Source: the human T2T-CHM13v2.0 reference genome, Homo sapiens. From it: a DNA stretch of 64,000 nucleotides. A program made the position numbers and the translations under genes. The notes below the pieces were generated by a model. It was not told where the DNA came from. It saw only the letters and a program-made list of their open reading frames with translations, and searched no databases. Below, piece after piece: positions 39,711-53,367 of this stretch; position 1 is the stretch's first letter; every line of letters starts with the position of its first letter. The stretch lies in NCBI RefSeq assembly GCF_009914755.1, contig NC_060946.1, one strand, 5' to 3'.

Positions 39711-40987
39711 ATTAGAGAAATTAAAACATTACAATGTATCATATAGTTTTCAAATCACAAGATAGAAAAAGACATAATAACAGAAACTATAGAAAACAAC
39801 AAGGATAGGAATAAAACATCAGTGATAGAAGGCAGAAGACAGAAACGTGTAGCCAAACATACTATTTTAATGATTACTTATATTCATTTATACTAATTTA
39901 TATTGATGTAACATATTAATTTTGACTAAATGACATTAAAGAAGGTTTGAGTAATTTGTGTGTCACATTCTGGATGAGAGGACTCAATAATATTAGTTCT
40001 TTAGTTTGCTGTAAATCATTTAAAAATATGCTCAAATTCCAATAAAAATTCCAAGAAAAATATTTTTGGACAAGAAAATGTGATTTTAAATTCGTCTGTT
40101 GAGCACACACATGAGAGCCAATATTATAAAATTTACTATAAGATATTAAAATTATTACTATTCAAAGTAAACAAATTTGAAATGGCACAAAAATAAACAC
40201 ATTAATGAAAGAGAACTAAAAGCACAGAAATTGAGTGTAATTTTATCTAGTAACAGGGTAACGTTTTAAATTCACAAAACAAGAGGGATTGTTCCATTTA
40301 TGGTATTAAAATACTGGGTAATGATTTGAGAATATAAAATGATAGAATTGAATCATGGTCCCACACCTTGCATAAAAGTTAATTCCAGTATTAAATGTTA
40401 AAAAAGAGAGAGAGAGAGAAAAAAAATTAGATGTATGTGTGTTTTACGTCCTTGAGAATGAATGTCTTCTAAAATCAAAATTTCAAACAGAAACCTTATA
40501 AAAAGGAATAAACCTAACGTACCTAAAATGTAAATTCTTACACATTTCAACACCAGGTAAATAGCACAAAACAAACTGGGAAAATTTTTACAACAATTAT
40601 GTTACATGAAAATTAAAATCCTTATGACATGTACAATGTATAAAACAGTATGATTACTGCTATTATTAATAGTATTATGATTACCTGGTCTTCCCACACA
40701 CCAGTCCTCTTCTGGTTCCCTGTGGTGAAGCAGAGCCCTCCCTCTCTGGCCACAGTGAGGGATCCAGCAGGAACCCTGCCTAAACCCACAGAGGGTGTGA
40801 GCCAAGCCAGGACATCACATTCCCTCCTGCGAAATGACGCAGACACCCACTCAAGACAGAAATGTGGTCCCTCTCTGGGAAAGTCGCATAACAATTATTG
40901 CAGAAACTTTTTTCTTTTGTTCCCAGACACATGGAGAAAGCTGGTCTGGAAGACTGATGTCCACATGCTCAGAGAAGCAGTCATTCA

Positions 40988-41960
40988 TAGCACACACACT
41001 GCACACACCACACCGCACACACCACACCATGTGCACACGCACACACACCCCACAGAAACCAAACAGCACACACAACATGTGCACATGCACACACACACCC
41101 CACACCCACTGCACACACCCCACACACACCACACCCACTGCACACACCACACCATGTGCACATGCACACACACCTCACACAGACACCACACACCCCCCAC
41201 ACACTGCATACACCACACCATGTGCGCACACACACCAGACACCACACACACTACACACACACACCATGTGCACATGTACACACCCCAGAAACCACACACA
41301 CTGCAAACACCACACCATTACACAAGCGCACACCCCCCAAACACACCACACACAGAGACACCACATACACTGCACACACACAGCATGTGCACACGTGCAG
41401 ACCCCACACACCACACACACTGCACACACCACACCACACACACGAACCTACTACACACACACCACACACATACAGCACCACACACCAACCACACACACAT
41501 CACACACCCCACACATACTCCCCAAACACTGCACACGTATATATAGCACCACACACAGAGCAAACACACACATCACATACATACGCCACACACACTGTGC
41601 ACACACACACACCACACACGCCACACACATACTCCAACTCACACATTCTACGCACACATCAAACACTACACACACTGCACACACAGCACCATACACACAA
41701 AAAACGCACACATCACATACACCACACACACTGCACACACACATATCACAAGCACACCATACCACACATAGTACACATACACACCACACACATACACCAC
41801 AAACACAGCACATACACACACCATACACCACCCACAGTATTCACACGACACCTCCAGTACACACCACACACACATATAAGTACCCCATGCACTTACTACA
41901 CACACAGACCACACACACACACCATACATATACATCACACACATACATCTGCGCACATCT
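40988..41960. repeat. Degenerate (CA)-rich simple repeat, ~970 bp
   Basis: CACAC/CACCAC/CATGTGCAC mosaic. Confidence 0.95.
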
Positions 41961-44124
41961 CACAGAGTACATACAATCCTCACTTTTAGAACTTAATTCA
42001 GCTTTTAAGGAGCCTGGATAGTATAGTATTTTATTGGCGTTTGAATGAGCTAAGAAAATGCATATAAATACACACGCGTAACTATGATTGCAGAAGAAGC
42101 ACTTTCGAAATCACAACATTAGATTAAACCGTGTAAGTTTTTTATTGTTTTTGAAAAATCAAGTCTTTATCATTTTACTAGGAACTATTTACAGAATAAA
42201 CTAATGAGATTCTTCCTGAGGTAAAAATACTTTTTGGAAAAACTTCTCCTTGATGAAATTTCACTTAAAACATCACTTCCATCGTGAAGTATTTCTTTAA
42301 GATATTTTTGGTCCCTTCCTTTTATGTGGAATCGTCAATTCAAATTTTAAAGGAGACTTTGAGATGTTTTTCATCTATTATTTTAAAAATGTTGAAGGGG
42401 TTTTTAATTCTGCCTTCAACAGAGATGGACACACCTCTGATTATGATGTAAAACTGAATAAGTTACTCTGACAGGCTTTCTTTTCTGCAGCGCAGCTACC
42501 ATCATTATTAATAAGGATTGAATTCTTTTACTCCATGCACAATCTATATTCCCTGCTTTACAAAGAATAGAAATCTAATTCTCACTATGAAGGCAGATAA
42601 AAGTAATCACTTCAACCTACAGATGACTGAATCAGTTACCAACGCACTCAGACTTTAAATAGCATTTATCCAATGTGTCTATATTTCTACACACATTCAT
42701 ATGAAGAACATGTAGTTTAAATCATTGCACAATTTATGCTTTTAATGAGTTGTGATGGTCATTAATATTTTTATTACATTTCCCCAAAGCTGGGCTACTT
42801 ACTGTTATTATTTTCAGTTAGAAATATAGATGTATTTTCTATTTTTGATGACTTTGAAACATAATCCTTGGAATATAATATCTGTGTGTAATATCTGTGG
42901 AAATCATGAAAATAATATTCAAATAGTATGCATTTTTTCCAGAATGAAAATTTCCTCTACAATAACATTCATCTTTTTTTTCCTGATGGGCACATAAAAG
43001 TCAACATTTGTAACATTGCTGGACATTATTTACATTAAACATGCATCAGCTTCAGGTGTTGCAGAAACTGGGCAAGAAGCCACAAGGTACACAATACACA
43101 CACACGCACAAAACTTGTATTATTATACTTACCTAAGTGTCTAAAGAGGTGGATAAATATATTAAATTACTCTAGAGCAATGATTTTTGTGGGGCCTATT
43201 GGAAAATATGACTGTAGTTTGAGTGAGATTCCTCTAAGAGATTCAACTTGGCCACTATTTATTGAGTATTCAATTTTAAAAATACTAACAAAGGCTTATG
43301 GGATGAAAATTTCCATCTAAATCTATGGTAAATGTGTTACTAGATGCTGTAGTAAAAAGACTGGTGTGGTAATTGTAAAATATATCTAACATCTAAACCT
43401 TTGTTTGTTTGTTTTTTACCTGAAATCCTTATGGGGGTGATTATGTATATCAATTTGAATCTTCCCATCAACAAGATACATAAATAAATAGCCAGCCTAC
43501 CTCTATAAGTTAATAATTTAGTTCACCTGCTCTATATTTTGAGGGCAGTTCTTCTCTTCCTTTGACATGCACAAGATTCACCAGGGGATCTTATTAAAAT
43601 GCAAACTCATAGACCACGCTTTGACTAGCTAAGATAAGGGGTCAGAGCATCGAAATGAGTGTGTAGGTGACTGTGCTAAGATCCTCCTGCTCATTTGGGC
43701 ACTGGCTCGTCATACAAACAAAGCTTAGGACCTCTAGTCCTTGCTGGAAAAGAAACACACATACATAGGATGTGACTGTGCATATGGAATATCTGTTGTG
43801 TTCTGGACATTGTGCTAGACAACAGAGATAAGAAGTCAAATAATATCTTCTCTTTATCTGAAAGGAGCTTCATACACAGTGGCTTCTGGATGTCTCTGAA
43901 ACTGGGTTCACTTTCAGATTTGATTATTATATTTATGATTTGACATTGGCATTGAACCCCATGAGGTGATAAATTTTTCCAGAACCTGCCAGAACAACTG
44001 GCTTTGCTCTCAGCATCAGGAAGCCACTGGCACATAAATAATTCATTTATGTTTGTATTTCACCAGACAGGAACAACTTGAGCTACTTTTCTAGCCACAT
44101 TCGTTTAGAGCTGTTTTTGTTTTT

Positions 44125-44395
44125 TGTTTGTTTGTTTGTTTTTTTAAGACAGGGTCTCACTCTATCACCTAGGCTGGAATGCAGTGGTGTGATCAGAGCT
44201 CACTGCAGCCTCACCTTCCAGGCTCAAGCAATCCTCTCACCTCAGCCTCCTGAGAAGCTGGAACCACAGGCTTATACCACCATACCCAGCTAATTCAAAT
44301 TTTTTTTTTTTTGAGACAGGGTTTTTCCATGTTTCCTAAACTTGTCTCCCACTCCTGAGCTCGAGCAATCTGCCTGCCCCAACCTCCTAAAGTGT
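44125..44395 (-). mobile_element. AluJ-like
   Basis: AGACAGGGTCTCACTCTATCACCTAGGCTGG...GCTCACTGCAGCCTC. Confidence 0.85.
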
Positions 44396-44505
44396 AGAGC
44401 TGTGTTTTTAGTCTTTTTTTGAGCTGTTTTACAATCCAGTGTTGAATTGATAAGTTTGGATTCACTCTGATATTTGCAGACTTAACATCCTACTTCACAA
44501 GATGT

Positions 44506-44602
44506 TCATAGCCTTGATCCATTACAGCCGCTGCCTCATCCATCTCTGCTCATATCCTTGATCCAATACAGCAGCCACCTCTTCCATCTATGCTCATAGC
44601 CT
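44506..44602. repeat. 44-bp tandem duplication
   Basis: TCATAGCCTTGATCCATTACAGCCGCTGCCTCATCCATCTCTGC x~2.2. Confidence 0.85.
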
Positions 44603-45400
44603 AAACTAATAGAAGCCAGAGGGAAGAAATGGAAGCCAACGTGAGTCCAGAACACATGTTTTATAAGAGCATAAGAAATTTAAAAATAGCAAAGTATAAA
44701 ATGAAGTTTGTAATAGATGTGCATGGCTAAAATTTATTCTTATATTAACCAATATATTCTATAAATTGGGAGAAAATATTAAACACATGAAAAGTAAGGA
44801 ATTTTCATCATTAATATATAATTAATATGACAAGAATGTGGTTTATGTTTTTATCTTTACAAGATTAAGGAAAATTTGGTGGAAGGAAGAAGAATGTATA
44901 ATCATGGGGAGCGTGTATGATACTGGAGGGAGCCTTTTGACAACGGGGAAATGGCATCGTGAGATATACTATGGTCATAGCTATGTAGGAACACAACTAC
45001 CTGTGGTCTCCCCTGTCAAATCCACTGGGCAGTGTTCAATTACCAACATTGAGGTAGAGCTCACTCTCCCAGGTCAGAAGAGAAAATATATACTGCAGTC
45101 AGAATCCACTGAGTAGGAAGCTCCTTTCAGATAGAGGCAAGGGATATTTGACTTTTTATCTCTAGTGTCTAGTACAATGTCCAGAACACAACAGACATTC
45201 CATATGCACAGTCACATCCTATGTGTCTGTATTTCTTTTCCAGCAGGGACTGGAAGTCCTAAGTTTTGTTAATATGGTGAGCCAGTGCCCACATGAACAG
45301 TAGCATCTTAGCACTGCCACCAGGACATCAATTTAAATGCTCTTTTCTTAGTTAGTCAAAGTGTGGTCTATGAGTTTGCATTTTAATAAGATCCCCGGGT

Positions 45401-45632
45401 GAATCTTGTGCATGTTACAGAGGAAGCACTGTCCTACATCACATGTGACAGGCTCTCATAGTCACCATCATCACGGGAATCTTGTGCATGTTACAGGGAA
45501 GTGCTGTCCTACGTCATATGTAACAGGCTCTCATAGTCACCATCATCAAGGGAATCTTGCACACGTTACAGGGAAGCAGTGTCCTACATCGTATGTGACA
45601 GGCTCTCATAGAAACCACCACCCTGGGAATCT
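45401..45632. repeat. 75-bp tandem triplication
   Basis: GAATCTTGTGCATGTTACAG...GTCCTACATCACATGTGACAGGCTCTCATAGTCACCATCATCACGG at 45401, 45477, 45552. Confidence 0.92.
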
Positions 45633-46899
45633 GCATTTAGAGCATTTAATTATATGGGCTCTGAAATCAGATGACTTAGGTTTAGACTTCCTTCTACTTC
45701 TTACTAAGCAGAGAACTCTGGGGTGAAAACTTTACGACGCTGTTTTATCACGTCCAAATTGGAGGCAAGGGGAGATTATAACATTGTGCATAGAATATTG
45801 TTTTACATATAAAATGAAATAGTACATAGGAAGCTTCTGCCATGCACTAATTGCACAATAAATATTAGTTAATAGTAACTCATTTAGTCCTAAGAAGAGG
45901 TCTATAAATTTTTACACTATAATTTTTTGTGACTACCCGTTTTTATAATTAATGTAGATTTAAAATCAAGGAATGTTTTTACGTGTAGTTGGCAACCAAT
46001 ATGACATGCCAAAATTATATGTAAGTATTTTATTTTTCGTGGGGATATAAGAAATTTGCCATCAAAAGAGGGAAAATAATCTATGTTTGCAGACTCCAGA
46101 AAGCTGTCACTCACCTGAGTTTGCAATTTCTGTCTGGGGGAAAAGAAGAGAAAGTTGACTGTGAAAATAAGCATTACCATAGAGTCTTCTCTATGACAAC
46201 ATCAAAAATGAAAGCTGAGTCTCGTCTTCCTAACAATCTGCATAGACAAGTGAAACACAACCTACTGAGCATCAAGTTAAAGAAGGAGTGAATTTGAGTG
46301 GCACAGGAGGAAATCATGTCTTTGCCACTTAGGGAAATAAATATGACCACTGTTCCTCTGCCCTCCTCCGAGGCTAAAGATGGGTTAAATATCAGTGCCT
46401 GACCTCAGATAATGGAATGAGCAAAAAAGCTATAAAATGCATGCACTACATAATTAAGAGGGTGGGAAGGGATTTTTTAAAAAAGGCAATTCCTAGTTGG
46501 GTTCCTTCCTGTTCACGTCATTGGTGAAGAAATTAGTCTTGCCCTAGAATTCTGAGGATGGCTGCAGACACAACAAACACTGAGTAGACGAAATTCACCG
46601 TAATTTATTCATCTCGCATACTCAGCCCAACAGGGGATGACACTGCATCTGTGCAGGTCTACCCGGGGGTTCACTCTGGAGCACAGGGTGCGGGAGGCAG
46701 GCTTGGTAGAAATCAGAGGGTGGGGTAACCCCTTGTCCCTTGAGGGATATGCTTGACTAATTCAAAGAGTTTAGCAGTCTGTTGGGGGCATGAAAGCCAT
46801 TAGGCTGAGGACCTGGTGGGATGCAGCATGAAATTTTAGGTGTCACAGTACAATTGACCCTGATGCTTTAACATCAGACATTTATTTTAATGATGACTA

Positions 46900-48480
46900 A
46901 TATTTTGAGAGGCTGAGAGAAGGCTGTTGAGACATTGTAATAAGTGCTTAGGGGCATGAGACATTAGGAAGGCCACAATTATGAGTAATGAAATGTGGAG
47001 GCTGATGAGAAGCTACTGCTCCCATTTGTTTAGCAGGAGGCAGGAAAAGTGATCTGGGGTCTCTGGCAGCAAAAGCGTGTGGTAAATATTTGGGTGACGT
47101 CATGCATCCCCCATGCATTGGTTTTGATGTCTCCAGTGAGCTGTTGGGCAAGTCTGATATTACTGATCCACACGCAGCAGGCAGCTTCCTGTATGGAGCT
47201 ACCTCCACCCCTTGGACAGTTCAGGACTGAAAGATTGTCAAAAATGTGAACTCCTTGATGTCCAGTAAAGGCAACTGAGGGAACTGTCTAACATTGGTGT
47301 AAAAAGTGCACTTTCCTAAGGAGCATGAACTTAGAGTTATCAAAGCCTGTGGCAATAGTGGAATCCAGCAGGGCATCCAGTCGCTGCTTTGTACCTTAAA
47401 TAGGAATTCTTTGAGGAGCTCAGTGTATCTCTCAACTGAAGCAGCTGCCTGCAGCCTACAGGGGCAGTGGAAGCTCTGCTGGACACCTTCTTCACAAGCC
47501 CAGCACTGTGTTTTCTGATGAAATGTTGCTTTGGTGACCATCAGTAGTGTCTGGAACTCTGCAAGGGATAAGGAGTGTCCCTGTGAGATCTGTACTGTGT
47601 CCTTAGTTAAAATAAAGGCATCTGTTACCTTGATTGGTATTCTGAGTATCCATGAGACAAGAAGTGTATTTAATTCAATGGGGAGGGAAGGTGGACGATT
47701 CTTGGCAATTGTCAAAAAGTTTGTAAAAAGGTACAAATGGGGCTAATTGTTGGCCCAGCATCAGTGCTATGATGACCACCTCAAGTTTGGCCAGTTGTGC
47801 TGAGGCTTGGGTGTCATCCTTTATCAGGGACATCCTAGCTAAGGGAGGGAAAGCAGCAGCATCCCACTGAGCTCCATCACATCTGATCATGGCATCCATT
47901 CAGAAGGCTGACGAACTTCACTGCTGGTCACTCAGTCGATCCCAAGGGCCTCGCAGAGGGGTGACATCCGGCACCACAGTCTGAGGATGAAGGAGGCCAG
48001 TGTCAGCACTATAGCCTAAGGATGAAGGAGGCCAGTGCTTCCTGCAGATGAGAATTGCAGCGTGTACACATTTGACTCCATTCGGAGGCAAGGAGGTCAC
48101 TGCAGCTGTGCCAAAGCTGTGGGGTGCTGCTTCCCAAGGCCTGATGGCCAGATGGGCATGAAGGCTCATGGACATGGATGCAGAGCCCTCTGTTTCAAGG
48201 GTCCAGTATGTGGCCAGCAATCACTGCCCTGATGCTGTACAGCACAGGGTCAAAAGAGGCAGGTTTGTTTTTTACATCAGAAGCCCATGGATGACTAATG
48301 GCCACCACAATGCAAACCAGATACTTCGGAGGCATGGGAAGAGGTTGCTAAAGCATCTACTGTGTGTTCTCTGATGGAATTCATAGGAGCGCCTGTTAAT
48401 TTAAATTCGGATGGATTCCAGACTTGTTGGAGGAGGCTTCATTCAAGGTGGGTCAGCTTTCAAGTGACAGCATCAGCGAG
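46900..48480 (-). mobile_element. ERVL/class III ERV pol remnant (RNase H-integrase)
   Basis: Degenerate peptides LATYWTLETE, SAQLAKLEVV and SFHCPCRLQAAASVERYTELLK resemble ERVL RNase H and the integrase HIPYHPQAAGLIERWNGLLK motif. Confidence 0.65.
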
Positions 48481-48542
48481 ATTAAGTAAAATTTGTAAGT
48501 AAGAAATATGTAGTCACCTGAACCCCAAGTAAAGAATTAAAG

Positions 48543-48840
48543 GGCTGGGCACATGGACTCACACCTGTAATCCCAGAACTTTGGGAGGCGGAGGCCAGAG
48601 GATCTCTTGAGCCCAGGAGTTCGAGACCAGCCCGGGTAACATAGCGAGAGCTTTTCTCTACAAAAAAATAAACAAAATTAACTGAGTGTCGTGGCACACA
48701 CCTGTAGTCCTAGCTACTTGGAAAGCTGAAATGGGAGAATTGCTTGAGGTCGGGAGGTCAAGGCTGCAGTGAGCTGAGATCATGCCACTTCATACCAGCC
48801 TGTGTGACAGAGCAAGACTATGTCTCCAAAAAACAAAACA
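48543..48840 (+). mobile_element. AluJ-like
   Basis: GGCTGGGCACATGG...CTTGAGCCCAGGAGTTCGAG...GGTCAAGGCTGCAGTGAG. Confidence 0.9.
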
Positions 48841-49299
48841 CAAATTAGAGAATGTTGGGCTTGTATTAACGTTGTGGATGCTGAGAGGATGAATAACTAT
48901 TTCTTGAAAGTGTCAGGAATAGAGCAGCCCCAAGTTTACCAAGGAATTTTCAGGAATTGAAGCAAAGTGGCAGGGCCTTGCACTACTGTGTTGGGGAAAG
49001 GTCCATTCCCTTTGTATAAGGCTCTTTGTGTCTGTGTATCTTCAGTGTGTAAAATGAATTTTCTCTGAGAATGATGTCATCAGTATAATGTCACACCTGT
49101 ACTCCTGCAGAAAGGTGGCTGCAGTGAGATATTGTCTGTGAAGATTGCATGCAATGATGAGGCTGCCAAGGCACTCCGTGTGTTACCTGGTCCCTTCAGA
49201 GATGAAGGCAGGCTATGACTGCGACTCTGTTAAAATAGGCCCAAAAAGATCATGTTAGCTAAATATATAACAACAAAATATTTCCAGTTGCATGAATAT

Positions 49300-49725
49300 A
49301 TATAGGTTTATTATAAGGAATTGGCTCATGTAGTTATGGAGGCTCACAAGTCCCAGGACCTGCAGTCAGCAAGCTGGAGACCCAGGACTGCCAATGGTGG
49401 AGTTCCAGTCCAAGCCTAAAGTCCTGAGAACCAGGAAAGCTGATGGCGTAAGTTACAGTCCACGTCTGACTTCAAAGGCGAGAGAAGATCTATGTCTCAG
49501 CTCTGAAAGCATCAAAGAGAGTGAATTCTCTCTTCCTCTACCCTTGTGTTTTATTTGGGATTTAATGGATTGGATGAGGCCCGCTCACACTGGGAAGGGC
49601 AACTACTTTACTAATTCTACATATTCAAATGTTCATCTCATCAAGGAACACCCTCACAGACACATCCAGAGTGTTTAACCAAATATCTAGGCAACCCAAC
49701 TTGGCAAATAAAATTAACCATCATA
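49300..49725. mobile_element. MLT2 (HERV-L) LTR fragment
   Basis: TTTATTATAAGGAATTGGCTCATG...AAGTCCCAGGACCTGCAGTCAGCAAGCTGGAGACCCAGG...AAAATTAACCATCA. Confidence 0.8.
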
Positions 49726-49754
49726 AGGTGAAAGATGTATACGATCTGAAGAGA

Positions 49755-52312
49755 AACCAGGGAGGCAGGACGGTTAAACATCTGCAAGTCAATAAATGTG
49801 ATATGCCATATAAACAGAATTAAAAACAAAAATCATATGATCATCTCAATACATGCAGAAAAAGGATTTGACAAAATCCAGCATCCCTTTATGCCTAAAA
49901 CCCTCAGCAAAATCGACATAGAAAAAGCATTTGACAAAATCCAGAATCCCTTTATGATTAAAACCCTCAGCAAAATCAACATCGAAGGGACAAACCTTAA
50001 GGTTATAAAAGCTATATATGACAAACACACAGCCAACATTACACTGAATGGGGAAAAGTTGAAAGCATTCCCCCTGAGAACTGGAACAAGACAATGATGC
50101 CCACTTTCACCACTTCTATTCAACACAGTACTAGAAGTCCTCGCCAGAGTAATCAGATAAGAGAAATAAAGGGCATCCAAATCGGTAAAGAGGAAGTCAA
50201 ACTGTCACTCTTTGCTGATGACATGATCATAAACCTAGAAAACCCTAAAGACTCATCCCAAAAGCTACCAGAACTGGTAAATGAATTCAGCAAAGTTTCA
50301 GGATACAAAATTAAGGTACACAAGTCAGTGGCTCTGCTATACTGTAACAGTGAACAAGCTGAGAATCAAATAAAAAACTCACCACCTTTTACAATAGCTG
50401 CAATAAAAACCTGAGGAATATTATGATTCCTATAATTATAATAGTATATTCCTATAATTGTCAATTGCATGCAATCTTTGCAGACAAAATCTTAATTATA
50501 TCCGGAATACTTAACCAAAGAAACAAAAGACCTCTACAAGGAAAACTACAAAACACTGCTGAGAGAAATCATAGATACAAACAAATGGAAACATATCCCA
50601 TGCTCACGGATGGGTAAAATCAATATTGTGAAAATACCATACTGCCAAAAGCTATCTACAAACTCAATGCAATCCCCATTAAAGTACTAACATCAGTCTT
50701 CACAGAACTACAAAAATTCACATGGAACTAAAAAAGACATAGAAGGTACATACCTTAAGGTAATAAAAGCCTAGAACCAAAAAAGAATCTGTATAGCCAA
50801 AACAAGACTAAGCAAAAAGAACAAATCTAGAAGCCGACTTCAAACTATACTAGAAGGCCATAGTCCCCAAAACAGCATGGTACTGGTATAAAAATAGCCA
50901 TATAGACCAATGGAACATAATAGAGAACCCAGAAATAAATCCAAATACTTACAGTCATCTAATCTTCAACAAAGCAAACAAAAACATAAAGCAGAGAAAG
51001 AATACCCTATTCAACAAATGGTGCTGGGATAAACGGCAAACCGCACATAGAATAATGGAAGTGGATGTTCATTTCTCACCCTTTTAAAAATCAACTCAAG
51101 ATGGATCAAGGACTTAAATCTAATACCTGAAACTATAAAAATTCTAGAAGACGCCATTGGAAAAACCCTTCTAGACATTGGCTTAGGCAAAGACTTCATG
51201 ACCAATAACCCAAAAAGCAAATGCAACTAAAACAAAGATAAATAGATGAGACTTAATTAAACTAAAAGGTTTCTGCACAGCAAAAGAAATAATCAGTAGA
51301 GTAAACAGATAACCTAAAGAGTGGGAGAAAATCTTTGCAATCTGTACTTCTGATTAAAGGACTAATAGCCAGAATCTGCAAGGAACTCAAACAAACCATC
51401 AAGAAAAAAAAATCCCATCAAAAAGTGGGCTAAGGACATGAACAGACAATTCTCAAAAGAAGATATACAACTGGCCAACAAACACATGAAAAAATGCTCA
51501 ACATAACTAATTATCAGGGAAATGCAAATCAAAACCACAATACAATATGATAACCCCTTCACTCCTGCAAGAATGGTCATAATCAAAAAATCAAAAACTA
51601 ATAGATGTTGGCATGGTTGTGGTAAAAAGGGAACACTTTTACACTTTTTGGAGGGAATGCAAGCTAGTACAACAGCTATGGAAAACAGTGAGGAGATTTC
51701 CAAAGAACTAAAAGCAGATCTATCATTTGATCCAGTAATTCCACTCCTGGGTATCTACTCAGAGGAAAATAAGTCATTATATGAAAAAGATACTTGCACA
51801 CGCATGTTTATAGCAGCACAATATGCAATTGCAAGAATTTGAAACCAGCCTAAATGCCCATCAATCAGTAAGTGGATAAAGAAAGTGTGTTATAAATATT
51901 TACCATGGAATACTACTCAGCCATAAGATGGAATGAAGTAATGCATTCACAGCAACCTGGATGAAACTGGACACCATTATTCTAAGTGAAGTAACTTTGG
52001 AATGGAAAATCAAACCTTGTATGTTCTCATTCATAAATGGGAGCTAAGCTATAAGGATGCAAAGGCATAAGAATGATACAATGGTCTTCGGGGACTCAGG
52101 GAAAGGCTGGGAGTGGTGAGGTGGGTGCGGTGAGGGATAAAACACTACATATTGGGTATAGTGTACTCTGCTCGGGTGATGGGTGCACCACAAATCTCAG
52201 AAATCGCCACTAAAGAACTTATTCATGTAACCAAACACCACCTGTTCCCCCAAAACCTATTGAAATAAAAAAAAACATCATATTCCCCAAAAACCTATTG
52301 AAATAAAAAATA
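49755..52312 (+). mobile_element. L1PB-like 5'-truncated LINE-1
   Basis: RT peptides ([15 protein letters not shown]); 3'UTR GGGTGATGGGTGCACC...CACCTGTTCCCCCAAAACCTATTGAAATAAA. Confidence 0.88.
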
Positions 52313-52574
52313 AATTAACCACAATAATATTTGGCATTGGGTACGAGGGCCTTAATGGATGGGAGCATTGCAGTCACATTACAGCAATCCACTGTGAAAC
52401 ACCATTTATTCTTTGCAGGTTTAAGAACAGGCCAAATTCTACTGCTAAATGTTGAAGCAATGAGGATAATCACCCCTTCACTAATTAATTAGGTCTTATA
52501 TAATAAGTTTTATTTATTTGAAATCATGTGTAATTTCTGTTGGACCATATTTGCTAATTTATCAAGATGGGGAA

Positions 52575-52875
<301 letters not shown>

Positions 52876-53367
52876 AAATCAAATTTAAAAAAAACAGGAG
52901 AGGGAGTTCTGTAAGGTTACATTTGTGAAGTCAATGTGTAAGTGCAAATGGTTTAATTTCAATTTGTTACTCATTAGGTCAGAGCATCCATGTCCCCTAT
53001 GGACAAACTCTTCTATGACTACAGGAAATTTAGTCAAGGGAACAAATATGAGGCATATCTATGTGTCCTCTATTCTATATGCAGTTACTCTGCTAGGATT
53101 AGGGGATGCAAAGTTTAAATTTAGTGAAATCTCAGGTATAACAAAGTTTGAGCTCCAGTATTGATTAAGTTTGTGAAGGTATACCAATTGGTAGATTTCA
53201 GCAGATGTTAAAATTGATTCAGAATATATGCTGGAGAGTTACAAATACCAGTCAGCACCCTTTTATCTTTGGACTGTATAAATTGTTTTAGAAGATAGTA
53301 CATTTCCAGTTAGGTCAGATGATAGACTTCCGTTTTAATTTAAATTTTGTTTTTGTGCATATCCATG

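Larger units (their letters stand above)
43541..45436. repeat. Inverted duplication: arms ~43541-43871 and ~45117-45436
   Basis: For example GATCTTATTAAAATGCAAACTCATAGACCAC (left) is the reverse complement of GTGGTCTATGAGTTTGCATTTTAATAAGATC (right); TATCTGAAAGGAGCTTC pairs with GAAGCTCCTTTCAGATA. Confidence 0.92.

Noticed and set aside
40650-42021. His/Thr-rich 298-395 aa and Cys/Val-rich ORFs
   Set aside because: Translations of the CA repeat
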